A DNA stretch of 64,000 nt, taken from positions 7,004-71,003 of the forward strand of contig JAHCAI010000012.1 of assembly GCA_019634975.1 (NCBI GenBank), given 5' to 3'. The notes under the pieces were generated by a model that was not told the DNA's origin, made no database searches, and was given only the letters and a program-made list of their open reading frames with translations. Both the position numbers and the translations under genes were made by a program. Of the stretch, positions 46,037-56,515 are shown piece after piece. The stretch is from Burkholderiales bacterium (GTDB lineage: Bacteria; Pseudomonadota; Gammaproteobacteria; Burkholderiales; SG8-41). The first letter of the stretch is position 1; every line of letters starts with the position of its first letter.

Positions 46037-46200
46037 CTTCAGTCTCCTTTATTGGCGTTGTCGGTGGACACCTTCCAGGGCTGCGGCGGTTCTTGGTTCT
46101 TGTTCGGGGTGAACCCGCCGCGCTGCCCGCAAAGCAACCTACAACTGCGTTCCTTTCCTTGCTTCTCCCTGATTCGTGCCCTGCCTGTTGCCGCACCCGC

Positions 46201-49059
46201 CTACTGGCAGGCCTCGCACTCCGGATCGAGTATCGAGCACACCTTCGGCTGCTCCTCGGACAGCCCGCCGTTCGCCGGAACTGCATTGAGCTGGCCTGCG
46301 CGAACCGTGGATTTCTCCGCCGAAGTGGCGCCCAACGTGCGCAGGTAGTACGTGGTCTTGAGGCCGCGCAGCCAGGCGAGCTTGTAGGTGTCGTCGAGCT
46401 TCTTGCCGGAGGCGCCGGCCATGTAGATGTTCAGTGACTGCGACTGGTCGATCCACTTCTGGCGCCGCGCCGCGCACTCGACCAGCCAGCTCGCGTCGAT
46501 TTCGAAGGCCGTCGCATAGAGGCTGCGCACGTCGGGCGGCACGCGGTCGATCTTGGCGAGCGAGCCGTCAAAGTACTTGAGGTCGGCAATCATGACCTCG
46601 TCCCAGAGGTTGAGCTTCTTCAGGTCGCGGACCAGGAATTCGTTGACGACCGTGAACTCGCCCGACAGGTTGGATTTGACGTAGAGGTTCTGGTAGGTCG
46701 GCTCGATGCACTGCGAGAGGCCGGTGATGTTGGCGATGGTCGCGGTCGGCGCAATCGCGATGCAGTTCGAATTGCGGATGCCGACGCGCTGGATGCGGCT
46801 GCGCAGGGCCGCCCAGTCAAGCCTGGTCGACATGTCGCACTCCACATAACCGCCGCGCTCCTCGGCCAGCAGCTTCAGCGAATCCAGCGGCAGGATGCCG
46901 CGGTCCCACAGCGAGCCCTTGAACGTCGAATACGGGCCGCGCTCTTCCGCGAGGTCGGACGAAGCCGAGTAGGCGGTGTAGGCGATCTGCTCCATCGAGC
47001 GGTCGGCAAACTCCACGGCCGCCGGCGAACCGTAGGGGATGCGCAGCATGTGCAGGCAGTCCTGGAAACCCATGATGCCGAGTCCGACCGGGCGGTGCTT
47101 GAAGTTCGAGTTGCGCGCCTTGTTGACGTTGTAGAAATTGAGGTCGATCACGTTGTCGAGCATGCGCATGCCGGTGGCGACCGTGCGCTTCAGCTTCTCC
47201 ATGTCGAGCAGGCCGGAGGACAGGTCGAGGTGCGCCGGCATATTGACCGACGCCAGGTTGCATACCGCGATTTCGTCGGGACCGGTGTTCAGCGTGATTT
47301 CCGTGCACAGGTTGGAGCTGTGCACGACGCCGACGTGCTGCTGCGGCGAGCGCAGGTTGCAGGGATCCTTGAAGGTGATCCAGGGATGCCCGGTCTCGAA
47401 CAGCATCGTCAGCATCTTGCGCCACAGCTGCTGCGCGGGAATCTTCTTGAACAGCTTCATTTCGCCGCGCGCGCATTTCGCCTCGTATTCGAGATAGGCC
47501 TTCTCGAAAGCGCGGCCGTACTTCTCGTGCAGGTCGGGCACGTCGGACGGCGAGAACAGCGTCCACTCGCCGTTCTCCATGACGCGCTTCATGAACAGGT
47601 CGGGAATCCAGTTCGAAGTGTTCATGTCGTGGGTGCGGCGGCGGTCATCGCCGGTGTTCTTGCGCAGCTCGAGGAACTCCTCGATGTCGAGGTGCCAGGT
47701 CTCGAGGTAGGAACACACCGCACCCTTGCGCTTGCCGCCCTGGTTGACGGCGACGGCAGTGTCGTTGACCACCTTCAGGAAGGGCACCACGCCCTGCGAC
47801 TTGCCATTGGTGCCCTTGATGTGGGCGCCCAGCGCGCGCACCGGGGTCCAGTCGTTGCCGATGCCGCCGGCGTATTTCTGCAGCATCGCGTTTTCCTTGA
47901 TCGCTTCGTAGATGCCGTCGAGGTCGTCGGATACCGTGGTCAGGTAGCAGCTGGCGAGCTGCGAGCGGCGGGTGCCGGAATTGAACAGCGTCGGCGTCGA
48001 GCTCATCAGGTCGAAGCTCGACAGCACGTTGTAGAACTCGATCGCGCGCGCTTCGCGCTGGCCTTCCGGCTCGTTCAATGCAAGGCCCATCGCCACGCGC
48101 ATGAAAAACACCTGCGGCAGCTCGATGCGCCGGCCTTCGATGTGCAGGAAATACCGGTCATAAAGGATCTGCAGGCCGAGATAGGCGAACTTGAGGTCGC
48201 GCTGGTGATCGAGTGCGGCGCCCAGCGCCTTCATGTCGTAAAGTCCCAGGCGTTCATCCAGCAGTTCGGCATTGATGCCCTTCTGGATGAATTCCGGCAG
48301 GTAGGCGGCGTAACGCGTCGCCATTTCCTCCTGGGTCACCTCCTCGCCCAGCGTCTCCAGGCGCAGCGTGTGCAGCAGCAGGCGCGCGGTGACATAGCTG
48401 TATCCGGGATCCTGCTCGATCAGGCCGCGTGCCGCGAGGATCAGCGACTTGCGCACTTCCTCTATCGGCACGCCCTCGTAGAGGTCGCGCTGCATGGCCT
48501 CGAGGATCGGCTGCGCGCTGACGTCGCGGCCAAGGCCGGCACAGGCGCCCTCGACCAGCGCGGTGATGCGGGCAACGTCGAGCGGACGCGTCACGCCGCC
48601 ATCGGTGACATTGACAACGTTATCGCGCTGCGCGGCTGCGGCCGGCTGCGCCTCGCGCTGGCGGGCACGCTCGCGGGCGCGCTCCTCGCGGTAGAGCACG
48701 TAGGCGCGGGCCACATGGTGCTCGCCCATGCGCATCAGCGCGAGTTCGACCTGGTCCTGGATATCCTCGATGTGCACGGTGCCGCCGGACGGCTGGCGCC
48801 GCATCAGGGCGCCAACGACGCTGTCAGTCAGCGCATTGACCTGCTCGCGCACGCGGGCGGAAGCGGCGCCCTGCCCGCCATTGACCGCGATGAAGGCCTT
48901 GGTCATCGCAATGGCGATCTTTGCCGGCTCGAAACCGACGACGGAACCGTTGCGGCGAATAACCTTGTATTGGGCGTATACCGCCTCCCGTTGCGCCTCC
49001 TCTGCCGGCGCAGCCTGCGGAACGGTGCGGGATTGAGCGCTTTCTGCGGCAACATGCAT
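46201..49059 (-). CDS. nrdA: class Ia ribonucleotide reductase alpha subunit
   Basis: 952 aa. N-terminal ATP-cone (VIRRNGSVVGFEPAKI). Catalytic SNLCTEI. C-terminal CxxC (DPECEACQ). Confidence 0.96.
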   Translation of the reverse strand: MHVAAESAQSRTVPQAAPAEEAQREAVYAQYKVIRRNGSVVGFEPAKIAIAMTKAFIAVNGGQGAASARVREQVNALTDSVVGALMRRQPSGGTVHIEDIQDQVELALMRMGEHHVARAYVLYREERARERARQREAQPAAAAQRDNVVNVTDGGVTRPLDVARITALVEGACAGLGRDVSAQPILEAMQRDLYEGVPIEEVRKSLILAARGLIEQDPGYSYVTARLLLHTLRLETLGEEVTQEEMATRYAAYLPEFIQKGINAELLDERLGLYDMKALGAALDHQRDLKFAYLGLQILYDRYFLHIEGRRIELPQVFFMRVAMGLALNEPEGQREARAIEFYNVLSSFDLMSSTPTLFNSGTRRSQLASCYLTTVSDDLDGIYEAIKENAMLQKYAGGIGNDWTPVRALGAHIKGTNGKSQGVVPFLKVVNDTAVAVNQGGKRKGAVCSYLETWHLDIEEFLELRKNTGDDRRRTHDMNTSNWIPDLFMKRVMENGEWTLFSPSDVPDLHEKYGRAFEKAYLEYEAKCARGEMKLFKKIPAQQLWRKMLTMLFETGHPWITFKDPCNLRSPQQHVGVVHSSNLCTEITLNTGPDEIAVCNLASVNMPAHLDLSSGLLDMEKLKRTVATGMRMLDNVIDLNFYNVNKARNSNFKHRPVGLGIMGFQDCLHMLRIPYGSPAAVEFADRSMEQIAYTAYSASSDLAEERGPYSTFKGSLWDRGILPLDSLKLLAEERGGYVECDMSTRLDWAALRSRIQRVGIRNSNCIAIAPTATIANITGLSQCIEPTYQNLYVKSNLSGEFTVVNEFLVRDLKKLNLWDEVMIADLKYFDGSLAKIDRVPPDVRSLYATAFEIDASWLVECAARRQKWIDQSQSLNIYMAGASGKKLDDTYKLAWLRGLKTTYYLRTLGATSAEKSTVRAGQLNAVPANGGLSEEQPKVCSILDPECEACQ

Positions 49060-49124
49060 GACATTACTCCTTGATTTTTTTAGGTTTTATAACCTCCCGA
49101 CAGCACAAAGGCTCCCGGCCCGCT

Positions 49125-49175
49125 AACCACAACATATTGTGGTTTACACACGAATTTCGACCAATTCTAGTGGCC
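49125..49175 (-). promoter_or_regulatory. NrdR operator (two NrdR boxes) of nrdAB
   Basis: AACCACAACATATTGTGGTT (49125-49144; perfect 8-bp arms) fits the NrdR-box palindrome. The second box is accaattctagtggcc (49160-49175). Confidence 0.65.
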
Positions 49176-49396
49176 GGATTTTCAATCCGCAATAGCTTTT
49201 GACGCTTTTTTAAAAAGTTCTTGAGAAACAGCAGGAAGCATCCATAAGCACCGGATTATTTGCATAAAAAATAGGCAATCCACCGGCGCCAGGCTCGGGG
49301 CTGGCGCCCATTGCGTGGCTGCGAGAAGGGCGAGGGACACGGCGAACCGGGCACAACCGGTCGCCGCCGACGAAGAATGGGTATAACTAACTGTTT

Positions 49397-49945
49397 TTAA
49401 ACAGTATTTATTCCGAGCCCGCGGAAATAGCGGTCCCAGTCGAAACAGGGTCCGGGATCGGTCTTGCGACCGGGTGCGATATCGCTGTGGCCGACAGAGG
49501 CGGCAATCGGATAGCGCCTGTAAATCGCGCGCCCCAGCCTGCCGAGACACTCGTACTGCCGGTCGCTGAAGGCGCAGTCATCCGCGCCCTCCAGTTCGAT
49601 GCCGACCGAAAAATCGTTGCAGCGCTGGCGACCGTTCCACGACGACTGTCCCGCATGCCAGGCGCGCCGCGAGCAGGGCACGAACTGCAACAGCTCGCCG
49701 TCGCGGCGGATGAGGAAATGCGCCGAGACCCGCAGCCCGGCAATGTCCGCGAAGTAGGGATGCGCCCGCGGATCGAGCCGGTTCATGAACAGGTCGATGA
49801 CTGCGTCGCCACCAAACACTCCGGGCGGCAGGCTGATGTTGTGGATGACGAGCAGTTCGATCGCCGCGCCGTCAGGCCTGTCATCGCAGTTGGGCGACGG
49901 GATATAGCGCGCCCCGCCGGCGAGCCCCGCGGCGTCTAAGCGCAT
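49397..49945 (-). CDS. ampD: 1,6-anhydro-N-acetylmuramyl-L-alanine amidase AmpD
   Basis: 182 aa. SPNCDDRP...LLVIHNISLPPG...SAHFLIRRDGELLQFV...AWHAG...NDFSVGIELEG...GHSDIAPGRKTDPG. Confidence 0.88.
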   Translation of the reverse strand: MRLDAAGLAGGARYIPSPNCDDRPDGAAIELLVIHNISLPPGVFGGDAVIDLFMNRLDPRAHPYFADIAGLRVSAHFLIRRDGELLQFVPCSRRAWHAGQSSWNGRQRCNDFSVGIELEGADDCAFSDRQYECLGRLGRAIYRRYPIAASVGHSDIAPGRKTDPGPCFDWDRYFRGLGINTV

Positions 49946-49954
49946 GCAGGCCGG

Positions 49955-51325
49955 TCAGGGCTTGGCATCGAGCTCCTGCCGTATTCCAAGGCGCTGTATC
50001 CGGTACCTCAGCGCGCGGAAAGAGATGCCAAGCAGCTTGGCGGCTGCGGTCTGGTTGTAGCGGGCACGTTCCAGCGCGTCGATGATCGCCTTGCGTTCGA
50101 TGGCTTCGAGGCGCTCGGGCAGCGGCAGGCCGTCAATGTCCATGTCCTGCGCGACGGCGCCCTCCTGCGAAAGCTGCAGGTCCTCGACCCCGATCTCGTT
50201 ACCGCTGCTGAGTGCCACCGCCCGCTCCAGGATATTCTCGAGCTCACGGACATTGCCGGGGAAGTGATAGCCCTGCAGGGCCGCGACGGCGGCGGCCGAC
50301 AGCCGCGGCACGCGGCCCTCGTTCGCATGGCGTTCGAGTATCGCCGCAGAGAGCCGCGGAATGTCCTCGCGCAGTTCGCGCAGCGCCGGCATGCGCAGCT
50401 CGATCACGTTCAGGCGGTAATACAGGTCCTGGCGGAATGCGCCGCTTTTCACTTCGTCGGCAAGGTGGCGGTGGGTGGCACTGATGATGCGCACGTCCAC
50501 CGGCTCTTCGCTGGTCGAACCCACCTTGCGCACGCGCTTTTCCTGGATCGCGCGCAGCAGCTTGACCTGCATCGACAGCGGCAGGTCGCCGACTTCATCC
50601 AGGAACAGCGTGCCGCCGCTGGCGGCCTGGAAGAATCCGTCGTGGTCGGCCAGCGCCCCCGTGAAGGCGCCCTTGCGGTGGCCGAAGAACTCGGACTCCA
50701 TCAGGTTTTCGGGGATTGCACCGCAGTTGACGGCCAGGAAGGGGCCTTCGCGGCGCGCGCTGTTGAAGTGGATCAGGCGGGCGGCCAGTTCCTTGCCGCT
50801 GCCCGATTCGCCGCGAATCTGCACCGGCGCCTGGCTGCGGGCGAGCTTGCCGATCAGTTCCCTCGCCTGCGCCATCTGCACTGATTCGCCGATGAGGTGC
50901 GGCATGCCCGCCGCCGGCTGTGCCGCGGAATCGCCATCGCGGCGCTCCGCTCCGGGACGCGGCAGCTTGAGCGCCGACCTGACCAGCGCGCGCAACTGGT
51001 CGAGAGACACCGGCTTGCCGAGATAGTCAAAAGCACCGGCCTTCAGCGCCGCGACTGCGTTCTCGGCGCTGCCATGCGCGGTGATCACCGCGACCGGTAA
51101 GCTGGGATGATGGCGCGTGATGTGCTCGACGATGGAAAGCCCGTCGCCGTCTGACAGGCGCATGTCGGTGAGGCACAGCTCGAAGTTGTTGCCGCCCAGC
51201 AGCGACAGGGCCTCGGACACGCTGCCGGCGCAGCGCGGCTCCAGGCCCATGCGGATCAGCGTCATGCCGAGCAGTTCGCGGATGTCCGCCTCGTCATCGA
51301 CGACCAGTACCTGTCCAGTGGCCAA
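49955..51325 (-). CDS. pilR: sigma-54-dependent response regulator, PilR type
   Basis: 456 aa. Receiver domain (VLVVDDEADIRELL...LTDMRL). AAA+ sigma-54 activator (GESGSGKE, GAFTGA, ESEFFGH). C-terminal Fis-type HTH. Close to Pseudomonas PilR as I remember it. Confidence 0.8.
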   Translation of the reverse strand: MATGQVLVVDDEADIRELLGMTLIRMGLEPRCAGSVSEALSLLGGNNFELCLTDMRLSDGDGLSIVEHITRHHPSLPVAVITAHGSAENAVAALKAGAFDYLGKPVSLDQLRALVRSALKLPRPGAERRDGDSAAQPAAGMPHLIGESVQMAQARELIGKLARSQAPVQIRGESGSGKELAARLIHFNSARREGPFLAVNCGAIPENLMESEFFGHRKGAFTGALADHDGFFQAASGGTLFLDEVGDLPLSMQVKLLRAIQEKRVRKVGSTSEEPVDVRIISATHRHLADEVKSGAFRQDLYYRLNVIELRMPALRELREDIPRLSAAILERHANEGRVPRLSAAAVAALQGYHFPGNVRELENILERAVALSSGNEIGVEDLQLSQEGAVAQDMDIDGLPLPERLEAIERKAIIDALERARYNQTAAAKLLGISFRALRYRIQRLGIRQELDAKP

Positions 51326-51338
51326 TGGTTTCTCCTGT

Positions 51339-52955
51339 TTACCCGGCAGCGCAGGTTACCGAGAACCGCGCGCCGCCCGCCGAATCGACATATTCAAGCG
51401 CGGCCCCGTTGGCCTCGCAGATTTCCCGCGCCAGATAAATGCCCAGCCCGGTGCCGCCCGGCGAGGTGGTGAAGAACGGCTCGAACAGCTTGTTGCGCGA
51501 TTCAGGCGGCACGCCCGGGCCGTCGTCGACCACGTCCAATTTTACTGCATTGCCGCGCGCCGCCCTTGCCACCTCGAGCCGGATGCTGCCCGGGCCGCGG
51601 CGCGAATGACGCAGGGCGTTGCGGCACAGGTTCCACAGCACCTGGTTGAGGTGATCCCGGTCGAACATCACCTGCACGTCATCGGCAAGGTGCAGTTCGA
51701 TGACATCGGCAGCCAGCTTCTCGGTGGCATTGAACTGCTCGACGAAACCGCGAAGGTAGGTGCCGAGGTGAAAGCGCTCGCGCTTCGCGCGTTCCCCTCG
51801 ATTGAGCGTCTGCACGTCATTGATCATGCGGTCGAGGCGCCGGGTGTTGTCGCGGATGATGGTCGTCAGGCGCTGCGCGCCGGCAGATACCCCGGACTCC
51901 TCCTGGAGCAGCTCGGCCGCATGGCTGATGGCCCCCAGAGGGTTGCGGATTTCGTGCGCGATGTTCGCAGTCAAGCGGCCGAGGGCGGCCAGTTTCAGCT
52001 GCCGTGCCTCCGCGCGCAGGCGCGCCAGGTCCTCGAGAAATATGACGGCACCGGCACCCCGCCGCGGCGCCACCGGAACCAGGCGCGCGCGCAGGTTTCC
52101 GCCGACCTCGAAGGCATCCGGCGACTCCTGACCCTGCCGGTCGCGCAGCCAGGACTCCACGCGTTCGTACAATGCCGGCGCGCGGTCGCGAAGCGCGACC
52201 ACGCCGCCTCCGCGCATCCCGCCGATCATGCGCTCGGCCGCGGTGTTGACCTGGCGCACGATCCCGGCGCCGTCGACCACGATCACGCCGTGCTCCATGT
52301 CCTGGATCACCAGCTGGTTGACCTGCGCCATGTTGGCGAGGTCGATCTCGCGCTGTGCTGCAAGCCGCTCGCTCGCCATCGAGCGGATCGCCAGGGCATG
52401 GGCCAGCCAGGCCGTGGCGAAATAGGCGATCGAAAGCAGCCCGGCCTGCGCATACTGTGCCCCGCTTTCGGAAAAATGCAGGACCTCGTAGGTGTGCTCG
52501 AGCAGTATCGCAATGGTCGCGATCGCGGCGAAGAACAGCGTCAGCTGGCCCCGCGTCACCAGGCCTGCGGCCGCGAGCGATGTCAGCAGCAGCAGCCCGA
52601 GCCCGCTCGACAGTCCGCCGCTGGCGTACATCAGCAGGATCACGAAACCGATGTCGCCGCTCACCTGGATCGCGAGTTGCCAGGTGAATCGCTCGCGGGT
52701 GCGGATCACCGCAAACATCGCGATCGCGAAAGCGGCATAGCCGGTGGCGGACATCAGGAACAGGCGCATGTCGCGCGAGCCGAACTGCAGCGTGGGACCC
52801 CAGAACGCCACCGCGAAGAGCAGCAGCAGCGCCGCAGCCAGCCGGTAACCGTTGAAAAGCTGGAGCGAGCGCCAGTAGGCCTCGGGCGCGCGCCCGATGT
52901 GGCCGGGCTCTCCGGTGGGCGCCGCAGGCGCAGGCGGATGTGTCGAAGTGTTCAA
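51339..52955 (-). CDS. pilS: sensor histidine kinase, PilS type
   Basis: Track ORF extends to 53036 but that overlaps the upstream gene. In-frame TTG 52955 lies 11 nt after that gene's stop. Multi-TM N-terminus, PAS-like region, HisKA (HEIRNPL) and HATPase (DDGPGV, GTGLGI). Start is uncertain. Confidence 0.75.
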   Translation of the reverse strand: MNTSTHPPAPAAPTGEPGHIGRAPEAYWRSLQLFNGYRLAAALLLLFAVAFWGPTLQFGSRDMRLFLMSATGYAAFAIAMFAVIRTRERFTWQLAIQVSGDIGFVILLMYASGGLSSGLGLLLLTSLAAAGLVTRGQLTLFFAAIATIAILLEHTYEVLHFSESGAQYAQAGLLSIAYFATAWLAHALAIRSMASERLAAQREIDLANMAQVNQLVIQDMEHGVIVVDGAGIVRQVNTAAERMIGGMRGGGVVALRDRAPALYERVESWLRDRQGQESPDAFEVGGNLRARLVPVAPRRGAGAVIFLEDLARLRAEARQLKLAALGRLTANIAHEIRNPLGAISHAAELLQEESGVSAGAQRLTTIIRDNTRRLDRMINDVQTLNRGERAKRERFHLGTYLRGFVEQFNATEKLAADVIELHLADDVQVMFDRDHLNQVLWNLCRNALRHSRRGPGSIRLEVARAARGNAVKLDVVDDGPGVPPESRNKLFEPFFTTSPGGTGLGIYLAREICEANGAALEYVDSAGGARFSVTCAAG

Positions 52956-52965
52956 GTGCTGCCCG

Positions 52966-53187
52966 TCACCGCGGCCGGAACTCGTCGCGGTGCGCCTCCG
53001 AGCAGAACTGACGGCCACCGGCCATCTTGGACTCACCCCGCGGGAAATGGATGCCGCAATGGGCGCAGGTCACCATGTCCTGCGGCGGCGACTCCGGCCG
53101 CTTCCCGGCCTGCCGGCGGCGACGCTGGCCGCGCAACAGCCATATCCCGAGTGCGACCACGATTGCGACGAGCAGGTACTTGACCAT
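52966..53187 (-). CDS. PP0621-family small zinc-ribbon-like protein
   Basis: 73 aa. N-terminal TM, then CAHCGIHFPRGESK...FCSEAH. Typical partner upstream of pilS. Confidence 0.6.
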   Translation of the reverse strand: MVKYLLVAIVVALGIWLLRGQRRRRQAGKRPESPPQDMVTCAHCGIHFPRGESKMAGGRQFCSEAHRDEFRPR

Positions 53188-53486
53188 CGACCCTCAATGC
53201 GCATGACGAACAATACGCTGGGCTCCACCGATCCCGCATTCCCGGATCCGGCGCCAGCATCGCCGGAAACGTGACGCACGATTGTAGCCCCCGGTGGTCC
53301 CGGCAGGTTCGGCAAATCGATGCCGCGCGACCGCCGGAGCGGCGACCGGCGCATCAGGCAGGGAGGACACCGTCGCGGCAAGCGAAACGGCCCAATGACC
53401 CATTGTCCGCAAGGATCCGCCGCAAACTCCGGAAACGGGAATTCCGGACCGGATTCCCCGCAGGGAACCAGCCGGAATCCAGAATT

Positions 53487-53565
<79 letters not shown>

Positions 53566-53600
53566 AATGGCACCGACCGTCGACGCACCACATGCACCCT

Positions 53601-53634
53601 ACACAAACAACAAGGGCACGTTGCACGTGCCCTT
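53601..53634 (-). terminator. intrinsic terminator of ispB
   Basis: aagggcacg-ttgca-cgtgccctt (9-bp perfect stem, 53612-53634), followed on the minus strand by gttgtttgtgt. Confidence 0.6.
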
Positions 53635-53638
53635 CCGG

Positions 53639-54607
53639 TCAATGCGTCCGCGTCACCGCGAACGACGCCAATTGTAGCAAAGAATCCCGGTACGGAGTGG
53701 CCGGAATCACCGAAAGCGCGGCGCAGGCAGCCTCGGACTCGGACTCGGCCTGGCTGCGCGCGTAGTCGAGCGCCCCCGACCGTCGTATCGCCGCCAGCAC
53801 GGTGGCAAGCTCTGCGCCATCCCCGGATTCCACTGCACGTCGCACTGCCGCCGCCTCCTCGGGCGTGCCATGGCGCATGACCCGGATCAGCGGCAGCGTC
53901 GGCTTGCCTTCGGCAAGGTCGTCGCCGACGTTCTTGCCGATGAGGCCGGTGTCCCCGGAATAATCCAGCACGTCGTCAATCAGCTGGAATGCGGTGCCGA
54001 GGTGGCTGCCGTAGGCCGCCATTGCCGCCTCCACCTCCGGCGACGCCCCGGAAATGATCGCCCCCAGCCGGCCGGCCGCCTCGAACAGCTTGGCGGTCTT
54101 GTAGCGAATGACCTGCAGATAGCTCGCCTCGTCGATGTCCGCGTTCCTGCAGTTCATCAGCTGCAGAACCTCCCCCTCGGCAATCACGTTGGTCGCGTCG
54201 GCAAGCACGCGCAGCACGCGCATGTCGTCAACATTCACCATCATCTGGAAGGCGCGGGAATAGACGAAATCGCCGACCAGCACCGAAGCCGCATTGCCGA
54301 ACAGGGTGTTTGCGGTCGGTCGCCCCCGGCGCAGCGAAGACTCGTCGACCACGTCATCGTGCAGCAGCGTGGCGGTGTGTATGAACTCGACCACCGCGGC
54401 AAGTGTATGGTGGGCGTTGCCGCGGTAGCCCAGCGCACCCGCGGAGAGCAGCACCAGGGCCGGGCGCAGGCGCTTGCCGCCCCCGCCGATGATGTATTCG
54501 GCCACCTGCCGGATCAGCACGACATCTGAGTGCAGGCGTTCGCGGATCACGCGATCCACGGCCTGCATGTCGGCGGCCAGCAGCTGGCCCAGTTTTTCGA
54601 GGAACAC
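53639..54607 (-). CDS. ispB: octaprenyl-diphosphate synthase (trans-polyprenyl diphosphate synthase)
   Basis: 322 aa. GGKRLRP. First DDxxD LLHDDVVDES. Second DDVLD. Confidence 0.9.
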   Translation of the reverse strand: MFLEKLGQLLAADMQAVDRVIRERLHSDVVLIRQVAEYIIGGGGKRLRPALVLLSAGALGYRGNAHHTLAAVVEFIHTATLLHDDVVDESSLRRGRPTANTLFGNAASVLVGDFVYSRAFQMMVNVDDMRVLRVLADATNVIAEGEVLQLMNCRNADIDEASYLQVIRYKTAKLFEAAGRLGAIISGASPEVEAAMAAYGSHLGTAFQLIDDVLDYSGDTGLIGKNVGDDLAEGKPTLPLIRVMRHGTPEEAAAVRRAVESGDGAELATVLAAIRRSGALDYARSQAESESEAACAALSVIPATPYRDSLLQLASFAVTRTH

Positions 54608-54744
54608 GGGAAGCCGGGAAAAAGGCGGATCATAACAATTTCGCTGCCCGCGGGCGCCCCCGCCGCGCTGACGACCCCCCCGGGAGGCGCGCTAATTGCT
54701 TGATTTCCATGAACTATTCATCCGGGCCGATACCCCGGCAAACT

Positions 54745-54773
54745 TTGACTGTCGGCAAACGGCCTTGTATAAT
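54745..54773 (+). promoter_or_regulatory. consensus sigma-70 promoter of rplU-rpmA
   Basis: TTGACT (54745-54750), 17-nt spacer, TATAAT (54768-54773), 33 nt before the rplU ATG. Confidence 0.6.
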
Positions 54774-54806
54774 CCGCGGTTTTCCGTGGTTCTGAGGGGT
54801 TATCCA

Positions 54807-55118
54807 ATGTATGCGGTAGTCAAGACCGGCGGCAAGCAGTACCGCGTGAGCGCCGGCACCAAAATCAAGGTCGAGCAGCTGCCGGCCGATGTCGGATCGG
54901 AAGTCACCCTGGACCAGGTTCTGATGCTTTCCCAGGATGGCAGCGTGAAACTCGGCACGCCGCTGGTTTCCGGCGCCGCGGTCAAGGCCAAGGTGCTCTC
55001 CCAGGGGCGCGGTGACAAGGTGCGCATTTTCAAGATGCGCCGGCGCAAGCATTACCGCAAGACCCAGGGCCACCGGCAGAATTTCACCGAGCTCGAAATC
55101 ACGGGCATCGCAGGCTAA
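54807..55118 (+). CDS. rplU: 50S ribosomal protein L21
   Basis: 103 aa. [17 protein letters not shown]... Confidence 0.96.
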   Translation: MYAVVKTGGKQYRVSAGTKIKVEQLPADVGSEVTLDQVLMLSQDGSVKLGTPLVSGAAVKAKVLSQGRGDKVRIFKMRRRKHYRKTQGHRQNFTELEITGIAG

Positions 55119-55129
55119 GGAGCACTCGA

Positions 55130-55387
55130 ATGGCACATAAAAAAGCAGGCGGCAGTTCCCGCAACGGCCGCGACTCGGAAGCGAAGCGGCTTGGCGTCAA
55201 GCGATTCGGCGGCGAGCTGGTTCCAGCCGGCAGCATCATCGTGCGCCAGCGCGGCACCCGCATGCATCCCGGCGAGAACGTGGGCATGGGGCGTGACCAT
55301 ACCCTGTTCGCGAAGGTGGACGGTCGCGTTCAGTTCGCGGAAAAAGGGCCGCTGCAGCGCCGGACCGTGAGCGTCGTTCCCGCCTGA
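55130..55387 (+). CDS. rpmA: 50S ribosomal protein L27
   Basis: 85 aa. [24 protein letters not shown]... Confidence 0.97.
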   Translation: MAHKKAGGSSRNGRDSEAKRLGVKRFGGELVPAGSIIVRQRGTRMHPGENVGMGRDHTLFAKVDGRVQFAEKGPLQRRTVSVVPA

Positions 55388-55408
55388 TCACCCGATGCAC
55401 TTCCGAAA

Positions 55409-55440
55409 AGGCCCTGTTGAACGACAGGGCCTTTTTATTT
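55409..55440 (+). terminator. intrinsic terminator after rpmA
   Basis: aggccctgt-tgaacg-acagggcct followed by ttttattt. Confidence 0.7.
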
Positions 55441-55450
55441 CGGGCACGCC

Positions 55451-56515
55451 ATGAAATTCATCGACGAAGCGCGGATCGAGGTCCATGCCGGCAAGGGCGG
55501 TGACGGAGTCGCCAGCTTTCGCCGCGAGAAGTTCGTGCCGCGCGGCGGTCCGGACGGCGGCGACGGCGGGCGCGGCGGCAGCATCTATGCGGTTGCCGAC
55601 CGCAACATCAACACGCTGATCGACTACCGCTATGCCCGCATCCATCGCGCGAAAAACGGCCAGAAAGGCATGGGCTCGGACTGTTTCGGCCGTGCCGCGG
55701 AGGACATCGTGCTGCGCATGCCGGTAGGCACCGTGATCAGCGACGCCGAAACCGGTGAACTGCTGTTCGATCTCGACCGCGACGGCGAGAAGGTCGTGCT
55801 GGCACAGGGCGGCCGCGGCGGGCTTGGCAACCTGCATTTCAAGTCCAGCACCAACCGCGCTCCCCGGCAGTTCACGGTGGGAGAGCCGGGAGTCTCGCGC
55901 CACCTCAAGCTGGAGCTCAAGGTGCTCGCCGACGTCGGCCTGCTGGGCATGCCCAATGCCGGCAAATCAACGCTGATCCGCGCGATATCGGCGGCACGGC
56001 CAAAGGTCGCCGATTATCCTTTCACCACCCTGCAGCCCAACCTCGGCGTCGTCCGTGTCGACGACAACCGCAGCTTCGTGGTTGCCGATATCCCGGGACT
56101 GATCGAGGGCGCTGCCGAGGGTGCCGGGCTCGGCCACCAGTTCCTGCGACACCTGTCGCGCACCCGCTTGCTGCTGCATGTCATCGACGTGGCGCCTCCC
56201 GATCCGGACGCCGATGTGGTGCGTGACGCCAAGGCGCTGGTGCGCGAACTGCGCAAGTACGACGAGACGCTGTACCGCAAGCCGCGCTGGCTGGTGTTCA
56301 ACAAGCTCGACCTGGTGCCTGAACACGAGCGGGAGGCCCTGGTGCGCCGCCTGAAGCAGCAACTGGGGGCGCAGCGCAAGAGTTTCGGCATATCCGCGAT
56401 CAGCGGCGAGGGTTGCAAGGCGCTGGTTTATGCCGTCATGGACCAGCTCTCAGCCGCACCACGTTCCGGCGGAACAGGCCGCCGCAATGCAACTCCGCCG
56501 GACAAGACCCCATGA
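55451..56515 (+). CDS. obgE: GTPase ObgE/CgtA
   Basis: 354 aa. [19 protein letters not shown]. Glycine-rich Obg fold. G-domain [22 protein letters not shown]. Confidence 0.95.
   Translation: MKFIDEARIEVHAGKGGDGVASFRREKFVPRGGPDGGDGGRGGSIYAVADRNINTLIDYRYARIHRAKNGQKGMGSDCFGRAAEDIVLRMPVGTVISDAETGELLFDLDRDGEKVVLAQGGRGGLGNLHFKSSTNRAPRQFTVGEPGVSRHLKLELKVLADVGLLGMPNAGKSTLIRAISAARPKVADYPFTTLQPNLGVVRVDDNRSFVVADIPGLIEGAAEGAGLGHQFLRHLSRTRLLLHVIDVAPPDPDADVVRDAKALVRELRKYDETLYRKPRWLVFNKLDLVPEHEREALVRRLKQQLGAQRKSFGISAISGEGCKALVYAVMDQLSAAPRSGGTGRRNATPPDKTP

Noticed and set aside
46037-46200. 164-nt nrdA-nrdB spacer as a structured regulatory RNA
   Set aside because: I could not find a convincing hairpin or conserved motif by eye. 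It may simply carry the nrdB SD (AAAGGAG). Left unassigned.
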